From Lysobacterales bacterium (GTDB lineage Bacteria; Pseudomonadota; Gammaproteobacteria; Xanthomonadales; BPKI01): DNA of 64,000 nt. The stretch lies in assembly GCA_026005055.1 (NCBI GenBank), contig BPKI01000001.1, forward strand, positions 2,188,214 through 2,252,213, written 5' to 3'. Both the position numbers and the translations under genes were made by a program. Positions 52,787 to 64,000 of the stretch are shown piece by piece (within the stretch, counting starts at the first letter, position 1; each line of letters starts with the position of its first letter). The notes below the pieces were generated by a model. It was given only the letters and a program-made list of their open reading frames with translations, did no database searches and was not told where the DNA came from.

Positions 52787-53161
52787 TCAGCTCTTCGGAC
52801 GCTTGGCGCCGTACTTGGACCGACCCTGGCGACGCTTGCTCACACCGGAGGCGTCCAATGCGCCGCGCACCGTGTGGTAGCGCACTCCGGGCAGGTCCTT
52901 GACGCGGCCGCCGCGGATCAGCACCACCGAGTGCTCCTGGAGGTTGTGACCCTCGCCGCCGATGTAGCTGGTGACCTCGTAGCCGTTGGTCAGGCGCACG
53001 CGGCAGACCTTGCGCAGCGCGGAGTTGGGTTTCTTCGGGGTCGTCGTGTAGACGCGCGTGCACACGCCGCGACGCTGCGGGCTCCCCTGCAGCGCCGGCA
53101 CCTTGCTCTTCTCGACCTTCGGCCGCCTGGGCTTGCGGACCAACTGGTTGATCGTCGCCAT
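52787..53161 (-). CDS. rpsL: 30S ribosomal protein S12
   Basis: ATG 53159-53161. [24 protein letters not shown].., 124 aa. Confidence 0.95.
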   Translation of the reverse strand: MATINQLVRKPRRPKVEKSKVPALQGSPQRRGVCTRVYTTTPKKPNSALRKVCRVRLTNGYEVTSYIGGEGHNLQEHSVVLIRGGRVKDLPGVRYHTVRGALDASGVSKRRQGRSKYGAKRPKS

Positions 53162-53216
53162 GTCGTCACCTGGAACGGAAAAAGCAAGCCGACATGCGGC
53201 CTGCAAAGACCATCAA

Positions 53217-53245
53217 ATCTAACCTGCGCCCTCTCTCGCTGTCAA
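53217..53245 (-). promoter_or_regulatory. sigma70-type promoter of the str operon (rpsL-rpsG-fusA-tuf)
   Basis: On the minus strand: perfect TTGACA (53240-53245), 17-nt spacer, TTAGAT (53217-53222). About 55 nt upstream of the rpsL ATG. Confidence 0.5.
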
Positions 53246-53326
53246 GGCGGCGCACCCCCTCCATCGGGCCGAACACGAGGCGCCTCCCTGCGCCTCATTT
53301 CGTTGTTGCCGTCGCTCGACTCAGGT

Positions 53327-57616
<4,290 letters not shown>

Positions 57617-57628
57617 GGCCTTACCTCC

Positions 57629-61780
<4,152 letters not shown>

Positions 61781-61836
61781 GGATGGGGTAGCCTCGGGAA
61801 TGAGGGTCGGCCGACGAAATCGGCCATGGAAAGCCG

Positions 61837-61876
61837 AAAAGGGGACAGCCCGGGGGCGCATGAGGCCCCCAGGCTG
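61837..61876 (-). terminator. rplL-rpoB intergenic attenuator-like hairpin
   Basis: Minus-strand RNA CAGCCUGGGGGC-CUCAUGC-GCCCCCGGGCUG (12 bp including one G-U) followed by UCCCCUUUUCGGCUUU. Confidence 0.45.
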
Positions 61877-61906
61877 CCGCCCGCTGGTGAGCGCTTCGGC
61901 GGTCCC

Positions 61907-62287
61907 TTACTTGATCTCGACCTTGGCACCAGCCTCTTCGAGCTCCTTCTTGAACTTCTCGGCATCGGCCTTGCTCACCCCTTCCTTGACGGTGGCGGGG
62001 GCCGACTCCACCAGGTCCTTCGCCTCCTTCAGGCCAAGCCCGGTGATCGCGCGTACCGCCTTGATCACGTTCACCTTGTTCGCGCCGGCATTGGCGAGCA
62101 CCACGGTGAACTCGGTCTTCTCCTCGACCGGAGCGGCGGCCGCAGCCGCGGCCGGCGCGGCAGCAACCGCCACCGGGGCGGCGGCAGAGACGCCGAACTT
62201 CTCCTCCATCATCTTCACCAGCTCGGTGATTTCGAGGAGGGTCATGTTGGCGATGGATTCGAGGATCTCTTCTTTGGAAACGGCCAT
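61907..62287 (-). CDS. rplL: 50S ribosomal protein L7/L12
   Basis: [33 protein letters not shown].., Ala-rich hinge, 126 aa. Confidence 0.95.
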   Translation of the reverse strand: MAVSKEEILESIANMTLLEITELVKMMEEKFGVSAAAPVAVAAAPAAAAAAAPVEEKTEFTVVLANAGANKVNVIKAVRAITGLGLKEAKDLVESAPATVKEGVSKADAEKFKKELEEAGAKVEIK

Positions 62288-62340
62288 GGGGATTACCTCT
62301 CTTGTCGAACGTGTGGATCGAACGGCTGGACGGAGAAGGA

Positions 62341-62868
62341 TCAGGCGGCCTTGCGGTCACGCACTGCCGCGGTCGCGCGCGCAAGGCGCGCGGCCGGTTC
62401 GGCGAGCGTACGCGCGAGCTTCTCGATCGGCGCTTTGAGCAGGCCCATCAGCATCGCGATCGCCTGCTCGCGGGTGGGCAGGCTCGCCACCCTTTCGATG
62501 TCGGCAGGCGGATACATCCGGCCGCCGAGTGCGACGAATCGCGGCTTGACCACCTCCTGGTTCGCCTTCACGAGATCGCGAATGAGCCGCGCCGCGGCAC
62601 CCGGGTCTTCCTTCGAGAAGGCGAAGAGCAAGGGCCCGCTCAACGCCTGCTCGACACAGGCGTAGTCGGTGCCCTCGAGCGCGCGTCGCATCAGGGTGTT
62701 CTTCGCCACCTTGACGAAGACCCCGCTCTCGCGCGCCTTTCGACGCAGCTCCGTGATCTTCTCGACGGTGAGTCCGGCATATTCGACCGCGACCAGCGAC
62801 TGGGCGCTCCTCGCCACTGCCGCCAGCTCCGCGACCAGCGCCTTCTTTTGCTCGAGATTGAGCGACAT
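62341..62868 (-). CDS. rplJ: 50S ribosomal protein L10
   Basis: [35 protein letters not shown].., 175 aa. Confidence 0.95.
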   Translation of the reverse strand: MSLNLEQKKALVAELAAVARSAQSLVAVEYAGLTVEKITELRRKARESGVFVKVAKNTLMRRALEGTDYACVEQALSGPLLFAFSKEDPGAAARLIRDLVKANQEVVKPRFVALGGRMYPPADIERVASLPTREQAIAMLMGLLKAPIEKLARTLAEPAARLARATAAVRDRKAA

Positions 62869-63175
62869 GCTTCACCACTCCGAGTTTTCGATGCCGCACC
62901 GGCGGGTTGCGCCGGCACGGGGATCCCTCCGAGTTGCAGCGCCGCATCCTTCGCGACGCCGGCGGCGGCCGTTCCGAGCTCGCGCCCGGGTGACGGCACC
63001 ATCTACGCAGGCCCGATTGCCGGCTTAGAAGCGCCGCCGCGAGGCCATCGCTCGAGGGAGCCGGAACGATCGCCGCGCCACGAACGCTCACCTGCGGTCT
63101 CGGACGGTCCCGCCGCTCCGGGCGGCCAAGACCCTCCGCATCTCCGCGCGGGACGCCTTCCCCCGCGGAGAAAAA
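62869..63175 (-). promoter_or_regulatory. long structured rplJ leader (candidate L10 autoregulatory leader plus rplJ promoter)
   Basis: 307-nt GC-rich non-coding spacer between the rplA stop and the rplJ ATG. No credible ORF. A hairpin CUCCGCG..CGCGGAG lies just after rplA. Position matches the known L10 leader. Confidence 0.45.
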
Positions 63176-63877
63176 TCACTTCACCTCCAGACTTGCCTGA
63201 TCGACGGGGATCCCGATGCCCATCGTGGTCGACAGGGAAATCTTGCGCAGATACTGCCCTTTCGCCGCGGCAGGCTTGGCCTTGATGAGATCCGCGAGCA
63301 GCGCGTGCAGATTCTGCTTCAGCGCCTCGATCTCGAAGTTCACCTTGCCGATCGTGCAATGGACATTGCCGCCCTTGTCGGCGCGGTAACGAACCTGCCC
63401 CGCCTTGGCGTTGCGCACCGCATCCGCCGGGTTGGGGCTCACGGTCCCGACCTTGGGGTTGGGCATCAGCCCGCGCGGACCGAGCAGGGGACCGAGCTTG
63501 CCCACCACGCGCATCGCATCGGGTGTCGCGATGACCACGTCGAAATCAAGCTCACCGCCCTGCATCCGCTCCGCAAGGTCCTCCATGCCGACCGCATCGG
63601 CGCCTGCGGCGCGCGCTTGCTCGGCCTTCTCCCCCGGAGGACAGAACACCGCAACCCGCACCCGCTTGCCGGTACCGGCTGGAAGCACGGTCGCGCCACG
63701 CACCTGCTGGTCGGACTTCTTCGGATCGATACCCAGCCGGACCGCCACATCCACGGACTCGACAAACTTGACCTTGCTCGATTCCTTGAGGATGCGCAGC
63801 GCCTCCTCCAGCGGATAGAGCTTGCCGGGCTGAACCAGAGCGCGCAGCGCCATGTAACGCTTGCCCTTCTTTGCCAT
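63176..63877 (-). CDS. rplA: 50S ribosomal protein L1
   Basis: [27 protein letters not shown].., 233 aa. Confidence 0.95.
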   Translation of the reverse strand: MAKKGKRYMALRALVQPGKLYPLEEALRILKESSKVKFVESVDVAVRLGIDPKKSDQQVRGATVLPAGTGKRVRVAVFCPPGEKAEQARAAGADAVGMEDLAERMQGGELDFDVVIATPDAMRVVGKLGPLLGPRGLMPNPKVGTVSPNPADAVRNAKAGQVRYRADKGGNVHCTIGKVNFEIEALKQNLHALLADLIKAKPAAAKGQYLRKISLSTTMGIGIPVDQASLEVK

Positions 63878-63880
63878 CGC

Positions 63881-64000
63881 TCAATCCTCCACCACCAAGC
63901 CCATGCTCCGCGCGCTGCCCGCAATGGTGCGGACCGCCGCCTCGAGCGTTGCCGCGGTCAGATCGGGCTGCTTGATGCGCGCGATCTCCTCGAGCTGCTT
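63881..64000 (-). CDS. rplK: 50S ribosomal protein L11, 3' end only (continues right of window)
   Basis: Reverse translation of 63884-64000 gives [39 protein letters not shown], then stop 63881-63883. Confidence 0.85.
   Translation of the reverse strand, partial: KQLEEIARIKQPDLTAATLEAAVRTIAGSARSMGLVVED

Overview
This is a high-GC proteobacterial chromosome segment. Most 60-nt lines I counted by hand are about 67-70% GC. The gene order is gammaproteobacterial; a Xanthomonadales/Lysobacterales-like layout is my inference only. Nearly all genes are on the minus strand.

Contents, left to right:
- a partial CsiV-like gene, a small exported protein and a SAM methyltransferase;
- a divergent class-III aminotransferase with a degenerate P-loop partner;
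- the minus-strand array thrS-infC-rpmI-rplT-pheS-pheT-ihfA-merR-tRNA-Pro(GGG)-pip;
- tRNA-Val(GAC);
- a complete type IV pilus minor-pilin/tip cluster (divergent fimT-like gene, then fimU-pilV-pilW-pilX-pilY1-small ORF-pilE);
- a P-type ATPase plus a CPA2/RCK antiporter, then typA;
- a basic-tailed DUF1801-like protein and two exported amidohydrolase genes;
- class II DAHP synthase and dsbB;
- from about 35.4 kb to the right edge, the contiguous rplKAJL-rpoBC / str / S10 / spc / alpha cluster.

I saw no CRISPR array, transposase, integrase, phage gene or recognisable defence gene. I therefore cannot point to a clear-cut new multi-gene system.

The strongest anomaly sits inside a core gene. 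About 1.1 kb of tuf has an almost C-free wobble composition, with an abrupt junction near 49030.

Other items worth a second look:
- a low-GC N-terminal module in pilY1;
- a candidate leaderless promoter driving a histone-H1-like tail fused to a DUF1801-like domain;
- a coupled amidohydrolase pair with two degenerate and one intact metal motif;
- a probable AUC start for infC;
- an SD-sequestering hairpin in front of dsbB;
- loss of rpmJ from the secY-rpsM junction;
- several leader/attenuator structures.

Start codons were refined by hand from the ORF track. All family calls rest on motif recognition from memory; no searches were run.
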